A stretch of DNA of 64,000 nt, taken from Octopus sinensis. Lineage: Eukaryota. The stretch is taken from positions 41,788,001-41,852,000 of the forward strand of contig NC_043006.1 of assembly GCF_006345805.1 (NCBI RefSeq), written 5' to 3'. Under the pieces are notes generated by a model. It was not told the origin of the DNA. It was given only the letters and a program-made list of their open reading frames with translations, and searched no databases. The translations under genes were made by a program, and so were the position numbers. This document shows, piece by piece, positions 1-13,732 of the stretch (positions within the stretch are counted from its first letter, which is position 1; each line of letters starts with the position of its first letter).

Positions 1-151
1 TTGATTTAAATATTCAACCATATATTTGTGTGTTTGTGTGTATGTACATACGCATATGTATATATATATATATAATATATATATATATATATACATATGC
101 GTATGTACATACACACAAACACACAAATATATGGTTGAATATTTAAATCAA
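1..151. repeat. Perfect inverted repeat centred on a (TA)n run
   Basis: Bases 1-60 are the exact reverse complement of 92-151; the centre is (TA)n. The left arm may extend beyond the window start. Confidence 0.9.
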
Positions 152-1399
152 ATACGTATCCATGTGTGTTTCCTCTCACATATAAGAAACTGTATGTGAA
201 AATAATTGCACAAGAATTATAGATATTTAAGCACAAATTTACAAGCAAGAGCGCAAATTTGAATGTGTAATAGTTTATCTAAGAATAGAAGGATGTAAAG
301 TGACGTAGAGGAGGAATGAGGCTGCATGACTGAGAGAAAAAGAGGTATTTTTCTATACATTTGTGGTTTTGTTGTGCGGACATTCAGAAATAATGGCGAT
401 TAAACAAATGTTAAATTAAAATTTTAAGCAATCCTCTATTTAGTAGAAAAGCATTTAGAGTTTGAAAGATATGAGATAGTGAAACAGAAAGAGAGTATGG
501 AGCAGATAAATAACGAAAGGAAGGCAGACAGAAAAGAACAAAAAGATGAGGATTAAATGGTTAAGAACGAAACAAGCAACGAAAATATACAAGCGAAGAA
601 TTAATGAATGGAATATTAAAATGAAAGACTGAAAAGAAACGGGGTAGAATGAGAGAGAAAACTTGAAGATTTAGTCATAGAACAGGCTTAGAAATATAGA
701 AAGATTGACAGCAGTGAACAAAAGCAGAATATTTAAACTGGAAATGGGATTTAAAACTAATCAAATATAAAATCCAAATATTTAGAGAATTACAACAAAT
801 GAAGGTCTGTTTCAAAGAACATTATCCCCTATTCTAAGAAATTCAAAAAATAATATCAAAATGGCGATTCCTATTGTTAAAGTGGCGTGGTTATTTATAA
901 TGAATCTAGGAAGAATTATGCATATAAGATTAATTAGATTAAATTTAAGTCAAATCGTTTCGTGGCAAGCATAAAGAGTAAACATTAGAACTAGATGTTT
1001 TCCTATCAATTCAATTATAAAGTTGCAGAGAGAGATGTATTTTGTTTCTATTTTTTCCCCAATACTATAATCACTTTTGAAAGATTGGATTTAAGCAACG
1101 ACTTCATGTTGGTTCTTCTCATCTCTTACCTCTTTTTTCTTATGAGAAGGCGTGGAAAGACATCGATATATCGATATGATAGGGCTTAATATACGTATAT
1201 CAACAATATCACTGAAACAAAATAATACTAGGAAGCGATCTGGGGGGAAAAAAACAAGTTATTCTTTAAAATGTGTAATCCACTCGTAGTCATTAACTAT
1301 GCTTATAGAAAATAGTTATCATTTTCAATTTAATAAATTGATTTGAGTTCATTACTTTATTTGGAGTTTTTGTTTATGAATGCCTGAATTGTAAAGGAC

Positions 1400-1532
1400 T
1401 TTGCTTACAACTATGATATTCCGAGTTAGATTCCGTGTGACATCTTATGCAACTGAAATTTTCTATAGCTATGTTTTACCCATAGCATGGAGTGAAATTC
1501 CATAGATGGAAACTGTACAGAAGCTCATCGGA
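1400..1532 (+). mobile_element. Old, degenerate CORE-type SINE fragment
   Basis: attccgagttagattcc..gtgacatctt..ctatagc..gatggaaactgtacagaagctcatcg aligns by eye with the 5' half of the SINE at 18616. Confidence 0.45.
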
Positions 1533-1789
1533 TGGATTATATCTCTTAATCCAACGTTCGGACAAGCTTGTCATACATTGAGTTGATTCTGCCAGAGAAT
1601 TATGCTAAGTGTACATGTCTCAGTGGGATACTCAACCACTTATACGTAAGTCCAATTAACAGGTAATGTTGCTGATCGCAAAACTTAATGCTTATCATGA
1701 AATCACACGAGAAATTTATATGTAAATATGTGTATGTATAGATGCATATGTTATGTACATCTATGTATTAATGTACATATGTGTGCATG

Positions 1790-2120
1790 TCATCCGGTTG
1801 CTCTACTTGCGCGGATTCCTTTGCCCCTTTGTCGCCATCCAGTTCTACTATTCATCATAATCGGTATATCAGATGGATTGCATTTTACATAATCACAAAT
1901 CTGCTTATCGTCTTCTGCTAGCTCTTTAGTCATATGTCCCCATGAAAGAATTTCACTGACACTTTCGTCTTTAGCACTCCAGCAATGCTCTGCGAATTTG
2001 ACTCTTCGATAATATCTGATACTGGACGAAGGTTCCCTTACAATCGTTCATTAGACAGACCATCTCTACATACAAATGTAGGCTCCATCAAACCTTCTCT
2101 CTAATTCTGAACTAGGGTTT
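1790..2120 (-). mobile_element. RTE-clade LINE 3' remnant
   Basis: Minus-strand translation RRVKFAEHCWSAKDESVSEILSW...DIPIMMNSRTGWRQRGKGIRASRATG* matches the RRLRFAGHC..W..G..D.P..M.DR.GWR pattern of RTE ORF C-termini. Confidence 0.7.
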
Positions 2121-2326
2121 CATGCAGAATCGACATACAATAGAAGAGAGGTAGTAGTTGCTTGAAAGAGCCTTTTGTTATCTTGTATGAAAGTCTAAAT
2201 TCCCACACTGACGGCACCGCAGGCTTTACCAATGGGGATGCTTACATCGCTTTCGCCGTAATACTACAAGGAATATATCTAAAATTTATATGTCTCTATT
2301 TCTATCTATTTATCTGTCTGTCTGTC

Positions 2327-2377
<51 letters not shown>

Positions 2378-3481
2378 ACATCTCTCCCAATGTGTATGTG
2401 TGTGTGAGAGAGAGAGAGAGTATCACTAACCGTAAAATGTCATTTAAAACTCCCGCCTTGTCAGAGAATTGTCCAATGACATCAATTACAACCATCAAAA
2501 GCTTTTTAGAAACTATAGTGGACAACAATGGACAAATGTTTAAGGAATTCCTGTAAAATTTATCGATTACGTCTTTATATTGTTAATGTTATATATTATA
2601 ATGAAACAGTTTACAGTTCATGTCAAGGCCAGAATAATTACGTCCTGCCAAAAATTAATAAATAATGCAAATAAATACCGAAGTAAAAAGAAATGAGGAA
2701 TTCTTCTTTTGAATAAGGCATATTAAATGCACGAAACCTGACGCATGTAAAGCACCCATCATTACACTTTCATTTATAGTCACATTTTATTCTACAAGGG
2801 ATAAAAAAGCTATTTCAGTGTTAATTAGTACAAGCTTTATATATACATGAATACACTTTGTAATGTATTTTAAAGAATTCGAAATTTTTCTACAATCAGT
2901 TCCTCATTTATCTTCTCATACATCACCGCATTTCTAATATGAAGAGCATTCTAATGACTATTTGAAAAGCTTTCATTTAAATGTTTCTTCCTGTATCCCC
3001 CGTTTTCTTCTATATAAAAGAAAAACAAGTATTTGATGGAAGTAATATTAATACTTAGATTTATAACATGCTATAAATAAAATATCGCTTCATGTTAAAC
3101 CTATGAAAGATTTATAACTGTGAGAGATGTCAGTTTGTTACCAACATTTCTCATATACCATGTATCCTTTAATTATTTAACATACCTTTACAATTATAAA
3201 TTATTTTTAATCATATCAATAAGATATTTCATAACATAAATAATTACTACATGACTATTTTCTCAACACCCAGGATTCAGGAAGCTTATTACATCGACAG
3301 GCTTCAATTTTTCCATATGTACCTCCCAATACATTACAAAATTTCCGCTTAAAAACACACCAGCGCACATATACACACGTATGTATGGACACGTATATGA
3401 ATACCTGGATGCATAAATACTTACTTTAAATAAAATGCATATGCATCCAATGAATTAAAGAGGATTGTACACTTATGATAG

Positions 3482-3788
3482 TGGAGGCACATTGCCTAGT
3501 AGTTTGAGCAGCGGACTCGCGTTCGAGGGATCGCGGGTTCGAATTTCAAACGGGGTGATGTGTGTGTTTATGAGTGAAACACCTAAGCTCCACGCGGCTC
3601 CTGCAAAACGTAATGGCGAACTTCTGCTGACTTTTTCGCCACAACTTTCTCTCACTATTTCCTCCTGCATCTTGCAGCTTACCTGCGACGGTCCTGTGTC
3701 CCGTCTAGGTGGGGAACCTATACGCCAAGGAAACCAGGAAACCGGCCCTTATGAGCCAGGCATAGTTTTGAGAAAGAACAAACAAACA
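3482..3788 (+). mobile_element. tRNA-derived SINE (tRNA-Arg-like head; octopus OR-type)
   Basis: A/B-box-like head (gcagcggactcgcg..cgggttcgaatt). Body (aaacacctaagctcc, caactttctctcact) is shared with 12231-12533, but the 3' tail differs. Confidence 0.75.
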
Positions 3789-4159
3789 CTTATGATATAT
3801 ATCCGCATGTAGGAAAACTGTGTCCCTATATATAGTTTCTTTAGGTTTATAGATAAGAAGCATTCTATGTTGTTTAAATCAGTTCCTCTCTTGGCAGCCA
3901 TATAACTGATAAGATATATGAATGCCAAATCATGCATGGAGACATAGTTTGGACCTTATATACATTGAATATCAAAAATACATCGCAGTATATAATCCGC
4001 CCGCGAAGTAGTGGGTAATGAGGAGCTCAGTCGAACAGTTCAATACACATACATGCTTACATAATTAGATTCATATATACTGTGTATATACACAGATTAG
4101 ATTCATATATACTGTGTATATACACAGATTCACACACACAGATATGTACAGATATGTAA

Positions 4160-4985
4160 GCTCTCCAAAAATATTTAGAAACGACAGAAACGTTTATTGT
4201 CAATGATGTTTACATCATTCTAAAGTTTCAACATTCATCTATTTTTCTACATAATCGCCATTTTGGTCGATGCATTTTTCTAGGCGCTGGGGCAGTTTTT
4301 GTATGCCAATGTCATATCAGCCCACCATCATATCGTTGAGAAAGCGGCCAAATGTTCTTTCACCTTAGGGAACAGTTGGTAGTCATTGGGTGCCACGTCC
4401 GGACTATAAGCTGGGTTGCCGTTTATGGTCTTCTCTGAGCATTCGTGGGACCCATCTTGCGCACACCTTCCGATATTGCAACTTTTCACTCAAAACCCTA
4501 TGGATGGTGCTTCGGGAAACATCAGGAACTAAAATGCAGAGATCATTTGGAGTGATCCACCGATTTTCACGCAGGATTTGCTCAACCTTTACGACTGACT
4601 CGCCATAGATTGATAGCCGCCTGCTTCTTTCCTCGTCATGACTTTCAATACGATCAGTTGCAAACTCTCTACACCACTTGCGGACATTTTTGACATCCAT
4701 GCATGACACGTCGCCATACACGTCCATCAACTGGCGATACATTTCAATCGCTTTAATGCATTTGCGTTCAAAAACTGAATAACTTCGCGAACTTCACACT
4801 TGGCAGTAGCGTCAATCGGGAGCTCCAGCAAATACGTCTGCCAAGCCAAGACTAGTGTGGCAGTGAGGCGCGCGGCGTGACAGGCGCATGCACAACAAAT
4901 ACAACAGTGTTGCCAATAGCAGCACGCACAGTTTAAACTGTGTACCCAGCGATTTGGAGACCATACTTTGGGGATTACCATCGTA
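4160..4985 (-). mobile_element. Internally deleted mariner transposon
   Basis: N-terminal HTH region (EVREVIQFL..YRQLMDVYG..VRKWCREF..RKVCARWVPRML) is joined at about 4410 directly to the C-terminal YSPDVAPNDYQLFP..KCIDQNGDYVEK*. The catalytic middle is missing. Mariner-type TIR at about 4950-4985 is followed by TA. Confidence 0.92.
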
Positions 4986-5329
4986 TATATATATATGTAT
5001 ATATATATTAGCTTTCTCTCTCTCTTTTTCTCTCTCTCTCTCTTTCTCTCTCTTTCTTTCTCTCTCTCTCTTTCTCTCTCGCTCTCTCTCGTTCCTTCTC
5101 CCTCCGTCTCTCTCTCTCTCTCAGATCGACTTTGCCTGATGAACAGGTGCACGGTATACCACGCCTCAGGTGTCGAAATGAGCGCAGAGCCCCGTGAGAT
5201 GAGGCGTTCCTGTCAAGAATACAACGTACCACACATCTAGTGTTTGAAATCACGTTCTCGCGATCGTGGCTGCAGCAACCTAACCACTAAGCTATGCGTG
5301 TGTGTATATATATTGCTTGACCGCTAAAT

Positions 5330-5480
5330 CTACAAGTTTTTTTTTTCATTCTCTCTGATTTGTTTATCTTATTCCTTTCTGTTGTAGACCATAGGCTCGA
5401 AACGTATAATACTTCTCCATTTTTCACTTTTCCGAGCGTCAAATTAATACACCTGGTTGTTGTTATCCTATACCTTTAAT
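5330..5480 (+). mobile_element. Degenerate copy of the short hammerhead-like (Penelope pLTR-type) repeat
   Basis: cctttctgttgtagaccataggctcgaaacgta..ccgagcgtcaaattaatacacctg matches 50475-50622 and 26755-26945; stem II is mutated. Confidence 0.7.
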
Positions 5481-5769
5481 ATATATATTTATATATATAC
5501 ATATGTATGTATATACGCACTCACTCGTATTTATATATATATATGTATGTATGTGTGTGTATGTATGTATAAAAACAAACACACACACAAAGATGTATAG
5601 AGTGTTTTGTATTTGGAAATAATATGATTAATTTATATGTCTGTTGAAAATTCACATATAATTAAGCATTTAAGACAGAAGATATGTAGAACGTATTTTA
5701 AATTATAGAATTAAATGTGTAACAGTTACAATAATAAACACACAAAAAACAATAAAAATGATAAAAATG

Positions 5770-5862
5770 TTGATGATGATGAAAATGATCATGATCCTAA
5801 CAATAATATTAATAATAATAGTAATAATAATAATAACAAAAATGATAATAATAACAATAAGA
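5770..5862. repeat. (GAT)n/(AAT)n trinucleotide microsatellite
   Basis: Directly visible. Confidence 0.9.
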
Positions 5863-6120
5863 AGAAATTTCAAATAACTTGGAAAGATACGGGAGATCTG
5901 CATATGTTAATGATATGTGGAAGAACAGGAGATGCAATCGTTATAAATTAAATGTTTACGGCATTATAGCGGATATATGATGTACCTTTTGTCACACATA
6001 CACTCTCATGCACGCATGCGCTACAAGAATATATTTATTGTTATATGTGAGTACATATATAAAATTATATATATATGTAAACACATACACATGTGCATGC
6101 AATTACTAACATATCGCTCT

Positions 6121-6152
<32 letters not shown>

Positions 6153-6429
6153 GCAGATGCACACGCAAACACACACAACTCCGACGCACGCAGAGGCACA
6201 CACGTTTCTGAATAAATATCCATATGTGTACTGTATGCCTAAGTGTTTTGAGGCTTTCTTCTTTAAATTTGAAACCTATATTTTGAAGTATTTCAATGGG
6301 TATTACAGCTGACAATCAATACCATTTGTTATAGTCCGCCACAGAAACTTTATAGTCAAATACACGTAGTGCCTTGGATGAGAAAAGAATTAAATTCCTT
6401 GATCATATATATAACAGTTATTAATAAAT

Positions 6430-6481
<52 letters not shown>

Positions 6482-6537
6482 GGTTATTACTAAATACATA
6501 ATATATATATATACATATATAAATACATAGATATGTA

Positions 6538-6571
<34 letters not shown>

Positions 6572-7304
6572 CACATACACAATCATATATATATGTATTA
6601 ATACATGTATGTATATAAATTTATATATATATATATTGTGTGTGTGTCTGTGTGTGTTTCTATGTGTGTGCATGTGTGTCAATGTACGTGCGCTCGTCTG
6701 CTTAACACCCTGATATGTTATTTTCTGCCTATGCATTCAATCTCTTATTTTTTCTTTATTCCTTTCCCAGCCGACAAACATACAAACGAATAAATCAATA
6801 TGTTCAATAAATATTTTATCGATTTTTCCTCTCATCAAATTTACTAATTCTAATCTATAAGTGTTACGCCATGTTGCATAACGTTTTATTTTTGATTTGT
6901 GCTTCTTTCATCTCTTTCTCTTTTTTTTTTTACATTGATTAACTCCTGGGTAAAAGAGAAAATTGAATGCAATGAGCTTTTTTTTTTAAGTATTAATAAG
7001 TTTATTCTCCGAAATGTAGCAAAAAGCTACAAAGCAGTTTCGAATATCATATAGATAGATTTAACGTCCTATCATCTCTCTATGTTGCTTGCGTTGAAAT
7101 GCAAATCAGGGGGATTATATATTGTTTGAGTTTCTCATAACTTTTCTTCCATTTTAGTGGTAAATTCAAAAACAATGAAACCATGGGCTTGTCTCAAGAT
7201 GTTTTGAACCTCTTCGCTTCTCCGTACAATTAAACATTCTTGTAGATCAATACAGAGTATATACATACATATACCTATGTATATATCTATCTACCTTTTT
7301 TCTC

Positions 7305-7500
7305 TGGTTTCAGCTCAGAGCTGCGGCCATGCTGATATAATATATATACCTATATATATATATATATATATATTATTCTTTGTAAGCCTAGTACTTATAT
7401 TATCAGTCTCCTTTGCTGAAACGCTAAGTTACGGGCGTGTAAACACACCAGCATCGGTTGTCAAGCGATGTCGTGGGGACAAACACAGACACACAAATAT
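7305..7500 (-). mobile_element. CORE-type SINE, 3' portion
   Basis: Matches the reverse complement of 18830-19015 (ctgcggccatgctg; tttgtaagcctagtactta; gttgtcaagcgat), interrupted by (TA)n. Confidence 0.8.
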
Positions 7501-8463
7501 GTAGACACATAATACATATATATATTGTATGCATATATATTATATATATATATATATATATATTTATTTATTTATTTATTTATACATACATATATATATA
7601 TATGTACATACACACACAGAGTGAGAGAGGAACATATATACACATTTGTGTATGAGTGTAAGCGTGGGCAAGTATCTACACATGTTAATCTATCTCTGTA
7701 TAATAATAGCCGGTAAATATTTTGGATGCTTTGTTGGCAGATTCTCCAGTCACACTTTAAAATTGTATAGAAATAGCGAAAAATGAAGAAATGAGAGATA
7801 CAAAGAGATTTAACATCAGAAATAAAGATTGGGTGGTTATCGAAGTATAGAGTGGGGGGGGGGGTGATAACTTTCTGAAAAACACAATTTTTTAAAAATA
7901 AAATTTTGCAAAGATAGGTTTCCAATTGAGGTGGTTGAGATATATTGATAAAATTTAGAAAAAATATATTCATTATACATATGTAAATGAAAAATCTGCT
8001 TTATTAAATTTTATTTTAAGATAATAAACATTTTGATTTGAAAATTTGTATTCAATTCAGCATTTTGTATAAACTACAAAGAAACTTGATATAAGACAAT
8101 AACCATTCTAAAATTTAATAGAGTTTACTCTACACGTAGTCTTTGTACATTCTCCAGCATTTATTTGCACAAAAGTTGAGATTAAAGGCCGCATCCGTCG
8201 TTTCTTTTTACTATAAAAAATACAGGCTTTAAGTCAGTAAAATATCTTTGCTGTCGTTTTTAACTCTATGCATGTGCAATATTTTTATTTCATCTCATTT
8301 CGTAATGTTTACCGGACTGCCATTTGTAAGTTATTAATCAGCTACATTTTGTATCGGTGAATTAAATTAATTTCTATTAAATTAATAAGTAAGTGTGAAG
8401 AAAAATTTACATCAGCTTTCAAGCGGTGTTCACTCAATCTGTATATACTCAATTTGTCACGAA

Positions 8464-8511
<48 letters not shown>

Positions 8512-8719
8512 TGGAATCCAGTGGAGACCCCTCTTCGAATAAAACATTTAAATACAAACAACTGGCCCCACTAAGCTCCCCAAAACAGATGCTTTACCTG
8601 TGGCCGTGCTTCAAATGTTCAATTTTTCACGTACGACGTGACTTCCGCCGCGACGAAAACAACGCGACAACTTGGTAGCAGTAAGCAAGCTACTTACCAC
8701 ATAGCCCTTCCTGCACCTA

Positions 8720-8723
8720 TATA

Positions 8724-8759
<36 letters not shown>

Positions 8760-8858
8760 GGTAGGTATGTAGGTATGTATGTATGTAGGTATGTAGGTAT
8801 GTAGGTAGGTAGGTAGGTATGTAGGTAGGTAGGTAGGTATGTAGGTAGATAGGTAGAA

Positions 8859-8906
<48 letters not shown>

Positions 8907-8950
8907 ATTTATATACATACATACACACATATACGTATGCGTGTGTGTGT
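8720..8950. repeat. Compound (TA)/(TATG)/(TAGG) microsatellite
   Basis: Directly visible. Confidence 0.9.
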
Positions 8951-10492
8951 GTGTGTCCGTTCAGTCCGATTGGTTGACAACTTAGCTAAGTGTTTTTTCG
9001 GTCCGACCAAAGCCTTCTGAGTAGATTTGGTAACTTGATTTGAAAGAATCTCGTCGTATGTATGTACGTACGTATGTATGTATCTATTATGTATGTATGC
9101 ATGCATGTGTGCGTGTTTGTGTGTGTCTGTATGTGTTTGTTTCCCACCTCTGGCTGGAAACATGTGTTTGATTGTTTACTCATGTAACCATGCGGTTCAG
9201 CAGCAGAAACGAATGCATGTGTACCAGGCTCTAAAATAATAAAATAAAAGAAAATAGCAAGTACTGCTGTCGGTTCATTCGACTAAAATTCTTCAAGACG
9301 GTGACCCAGGGTAGCTGCACTCTGATGACCGAAGAAAGTAAAAGATAAAACATAAATGTTATTTACTTATTTAGATGGAACAAAAGTGAAATTTGCAAGC
9401 CTTCTCAGTTTCCAACGTTGATGATGTCGAGGCCATTGATGTTTAACCTGTGTATTTTCAGATTGATGATTACAGGTCAAACTTTTGTCAGGGTGAGGCT
9501 TCCAAAAGCCATCAGATTTAACGAAGAACATAGGTATTATTGTGAGCTGAGAAGGTGAGGGCGTGGATGCAGGTACAAGGGTTGGACTAGGTTGGTGTTG
9601 GTTGACCGCTTTATAGTGGAGATTTTATGAATAGATAAACAGATTTACTGAACAGACACAAAAGTGATAAGAATCGTTCAACGTAAAACTCATCCTTTGT
9701 TCTGTTATGAACATTAGATACGTGAAGTTGTTTAAACCATTCTTGTTTTCTTTTAGCTGAATTCTATCAGTAAAAAACAAAAATTACAAGCTACAATCTT
9801 TGATCACCGACAAGTACAGAGATAATCAACACCTTTCTTCTATAATTTCTGTTATTACACTTTATGACATAACACGCAGTTTATCATAGTATACTTTACT
9901 TAATTTTTTGTTTGTGTTTTCTCTTTTATTTTTGTTATAGCTGATGGTGTGTGTGTCTTTTTGTTTTCGATGTTATTCATTTTTTGTTTTGTTGGCGTTA
10001 ATTTCAGTCTTCTTCTACAAAAGTAAGCCTATGGTGAAAATCATATCTTGATAAATAAGTAAAAAAAACAATACCTGTTTGTAATAGAGTTTCGTTGGTG
10101 ACTTTATTCTCTTTATGAGAGTTGAAGTTTTACTATGACTATTATAGTGTGATAACAATAAGAAATAATGGAATGGTTCGTCTAGAAATTCTTTCGATAA
10201 TCTATACATCAAGCTTTTGATGAAATACATAATACATCACGAAAAAGGGTTAAAAGGAAGATATTGTACTTTAACAGACAGAAAATGACTATAAATGATC
10301 ATTAATTTATTGATGTGTCTATGTTTTCCCTGACCAATAACTATGAGAAAGCGGGTTTTTAACCTCTTTTATTTAGATAGAGGGCTGCTATCTGAAATGA
10401 ATGGAAAAAAGTAATTAAGTGGATGTTTGTTTTACCCTTGTTTTCTACTCTACTGAAAGCTGGTTACGTAGCATTGCTGTAAACATTCATTA

Positions 10493-10530
<38 letters not shown>

Positions 10531-12230
10531 TGTGTGGAGATAAATATAAAATAAAAGTATGAAATTAGATTGAATACACAAGTATGAAGCGTCTGGGGAA
10601 ACCGAAGATTTACACACGCGATAATATTATGACAGTGTATTAGAAAAAACAAGTATTAATCACTTCAAAACCGCTGGGTTGCATTCAAATGGATCGATGA
10701 GTAAGACAAAGGATAGACTAATATTGTCTTGGTTATGATTTTATATCTACCGTTGACTCTGTAATTCTTAAAGAAATTTATATCTATGTCGCGCATTTAA
10801 GAAGCCTAAATGAAGGCACGGAGAGAATTAAGTGACGTTAATCATAAACTTGTAGCACAAGAAAGTCACCTTACATAACGTAGTCATTCTCAATGGCGTC
10901 ACTTACCTGTTGTAGTTTAGCCTATGGTAAAACTTATCAGTCACAGCTAAACTCAGTGACAATGCAGCAATATTTTTGTATATGACGACTTGCATTTTCT
11001 AAGGAATTCCTTAGTATATAGCTTCTAATTTCAAAGGGAATATACCTACTATTCACTACAGATCATCTGACTGCGAAAGCATAAATCCAATATTGTTGGT
11101 TAGTAACTCAAGTATATTTATCTGCCGTCAAAAGAGAATCGAAATCTGACTTTAATCAGAGTAATTTTCAGTAGACTCCAATATACTGCCTGATTTTTTA
11201 AAAGTGATACTTATCTAAAGGACAAAAGACGAGAACCATTCATTGTAAATACAGATAGATATAAAAGTAGGTCTGTATGAATATACATTCCAATGTTCCA
11301 CTCTGCTAATGGATTTCGCGGGTTAAAACAAGTTTCTGTTGTAAAATTTGATAACAGTACGCACTTTAAATATAAGCTGTGCACTTCTATCCAGTGCTTG
11401 GAGTGTGAAGTATAGCTTCTGTGAAGATAACTGAAAGATAAATTAGCTCCCTCAAACTGATCAGTCTTAGAACCACAAGATGAAAGCAAATTTTGAAATA
11501 TTTTCTGACAAACGTAATGGTTTATGGACAGCAGAGCACTTCTACGATAACACACATGTGTAGCTATTTACACTATTTATTCAGTTTGTGTCAGTTTATC
11601 AATCATCTAATATAGCTGTATATTTCTATCTCTCCTTTTCAACATAGAGTTTATTACACGTCATTCAACTCTCAATCCAACATAAGTTAACCAACAGTCA
11701 GTAAGGTTAATTACAAAGACACCAAACACACTTTCTAACTTTCATTGAAACCAATCGCAGAGCAGCCCAGTCTGAACAAAAGAGTATATTGATAGAAACT
11801 GGGAAGAAACAGTCATTCAGATTTCACATACTCTACATCAAAGAGGATAAGTGATCAATCAGACCTGCGAAAGTATTTTTAATCTATTCGCCCTGCTATT
11901 GATTTTAGATGGCTATTTTGAAACTAACATGTGAGTACAAGGAAGGCCGATCGCTAGACGTCTTTAGTAAACTAGAATAAGCAATAACGACAAACGTTCC
12001 TGTTCATTTTATTATTAATTATTCAAATGGTAATGTTCAGATAAATTTAGACGACATTCGCCTCAGCTAACTTTGGTTGCTTTAAAATTTGACCTAATGA
12101 AATAAATGGTCTGTTATTTATATTCGGTTGTTTTAAAAATAAATTCTATAGGAACACAGAGAAAATGATTTAAATGTTACACGTTATTTAGAAAATGAAA
12201 CATTTTCAGCAATAATATATGTGTATGTAT

Positions 12231-12533
12231 ATCACCGTGATCACCGTGACCGACCAGGCTATCAGACGTTGCTACACATTACTGGTCACAATGCGCTTCG
12301 CATTGTTTTAGCCTTCAAATGACGCCACCTCGCTGGCTAAGCGAGCAGGCCAACAGAAGACAGAGTGACAGAAAGTTGCAGCGAAAGAGTACAGCAGGGA
12401 TCGCCACCAACCCCTGCCGGGAGCTTTAGGTGTTTTCGTTGAATAAACACTCACAACGCCCAGTCTGGGAATCGAAACCGCGATCCTACGAACGCGAATC
12501 CGCTGCCCTAACCACTAGGCTCTTACGCCTCCA
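12231..12533 (-). mobile_element. Full-length tRNA-derived SINE (OR-type)
   Basis: Head tggaggcg..tagtggttagggcagcggattcgcg..ggtttcgattccc; tail ends gtcacggtgatcacggtgat. Partial copies at 57851-57973 (+) and 62366-62455 (-). Confidence 0.85.
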
Positions 12534-12790
12534 CGTGTATGTATATAAAACATCATATACATAATTGTTGTTATTGCGGAGGTGTTTTGAGGAGACATGT
12601 GCCTACAATAGCATAGATTATACTGAGACAAGGTTCAATTTTGATTCAGTTTTTCTTAGTTCGTTATGTTATGTGGTTTGCAGTAGTGCTTAGATACTTG
12701 TAATGTGCCTTTTGAATAAATAATATTTATCTCTCACCTCATGGAGTACTTTTTGGCTGAATTTTCTATCACGGAACAGTACATTTTATT

Positions 12791-12822
<32 letters not shown>

Positions 12823-13619
12823 TGTCTTCAACGGGATTCGTCGTGGTTCCGTCTAACTGATTACTTATATTATTTCATAAATAGCATATATGTGAGCCTG
12901 TGTTAGATTTAAGTTTAATAAAAATATTTTTTCCCATCATCCCTTCTTGACATTGCCACAGCAAAGATATAACGAATCAGGACAACACATGATAACATTT
13001 GTTCAAAATATGAAAATATATCACCAATAAACACATAAAGGACGTTTATACTTTTACATGGTTCCCGTTAATGGGGTTGAGTGCCATTAAAGGGCATCTT
13101 TCACCATATCCAGTGTCGTATTTCTAACTCAGTTTCAATACAAATACCGTGTCCGTTTCCTATTGAATATTCGAAAAAGTAAGATACCAAGAAACCATTA
13201 TACAGGGTTTGTGATGGTTGATACAGCCGGAAATCATGACTCGATCGGTCGATTTCTTTAGAAGCCGATAACTTTGTCGAAAACAGTTGAATCGGAGTGG
13301 ACTCCATTAAAGGCAATCAAATAGTAACCATACTACCCGCTGTTGTACTTAATATATAGAGTACTTAAATATGGAGATTGTATTTACATTGAGAATCATT
13401 TATATAATGAGCCAAATATTTTAGAAAGTTATACATCAATATCCCAAAGTATTAGGTTCATATTTTCATTTTCTTTCCGGTTTTTATCAAATTTTCTTAA
13501 CACGTTTAAATCATCAGGCCTCAAATAAATTAATCTTGGATCACTATGCGGTGGCAACAAAATAAAGCACAATGTATATAGACATAGCTACGTTTATTTC
13601 CCAAATCCAAATATAACAG

Positions 13620-13732
13620 GAAATACGACAGTGATGCTGCTCCTGATAACGTTACGAGCGTCTTGCGTTTCTTTTATGTAGGAATATATGCGTGCTTTGC
13701 GTCAGCGGTGTGTCTGCGTGCGCATGTCTATT
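13620..13732 (+). CDS. Candidate host-gene exon (possible transmembrane segment), unverified
   Basis: Acceptor cag at 13617-13619 (alternative tag at 13679-13681) and strong donor gtaagt at 13733. Open frame KYDSDAAPDNVTSVLRFFYVGIYACFASAVCLRAHVY. No homology recognised. Confidence 0.2.

Noticed and set aside
4065-4130. Short tandem duplication of about 32 bp (similar ones at 30950-31015 and 57695-57735)
   Set aside because: Ordinary slippage next to microsatellites.
5120-5185. CTGATGA...CGAAAT as a hammerhead or C/D snoRNA
   Set aside because: Helix II does not close at the core, there is no helix III/cleavage site, and no terminal stem or D box is evident.
10895-10912. Perfect minus-strand donor CAG|GTAAGT
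   Set aside because: An isolated site with no supportable exon or reading frame.
11211-11555. 114-codon non-repetitive ORF
   Set aside because: No recognisable motif or convincing splice or start context.
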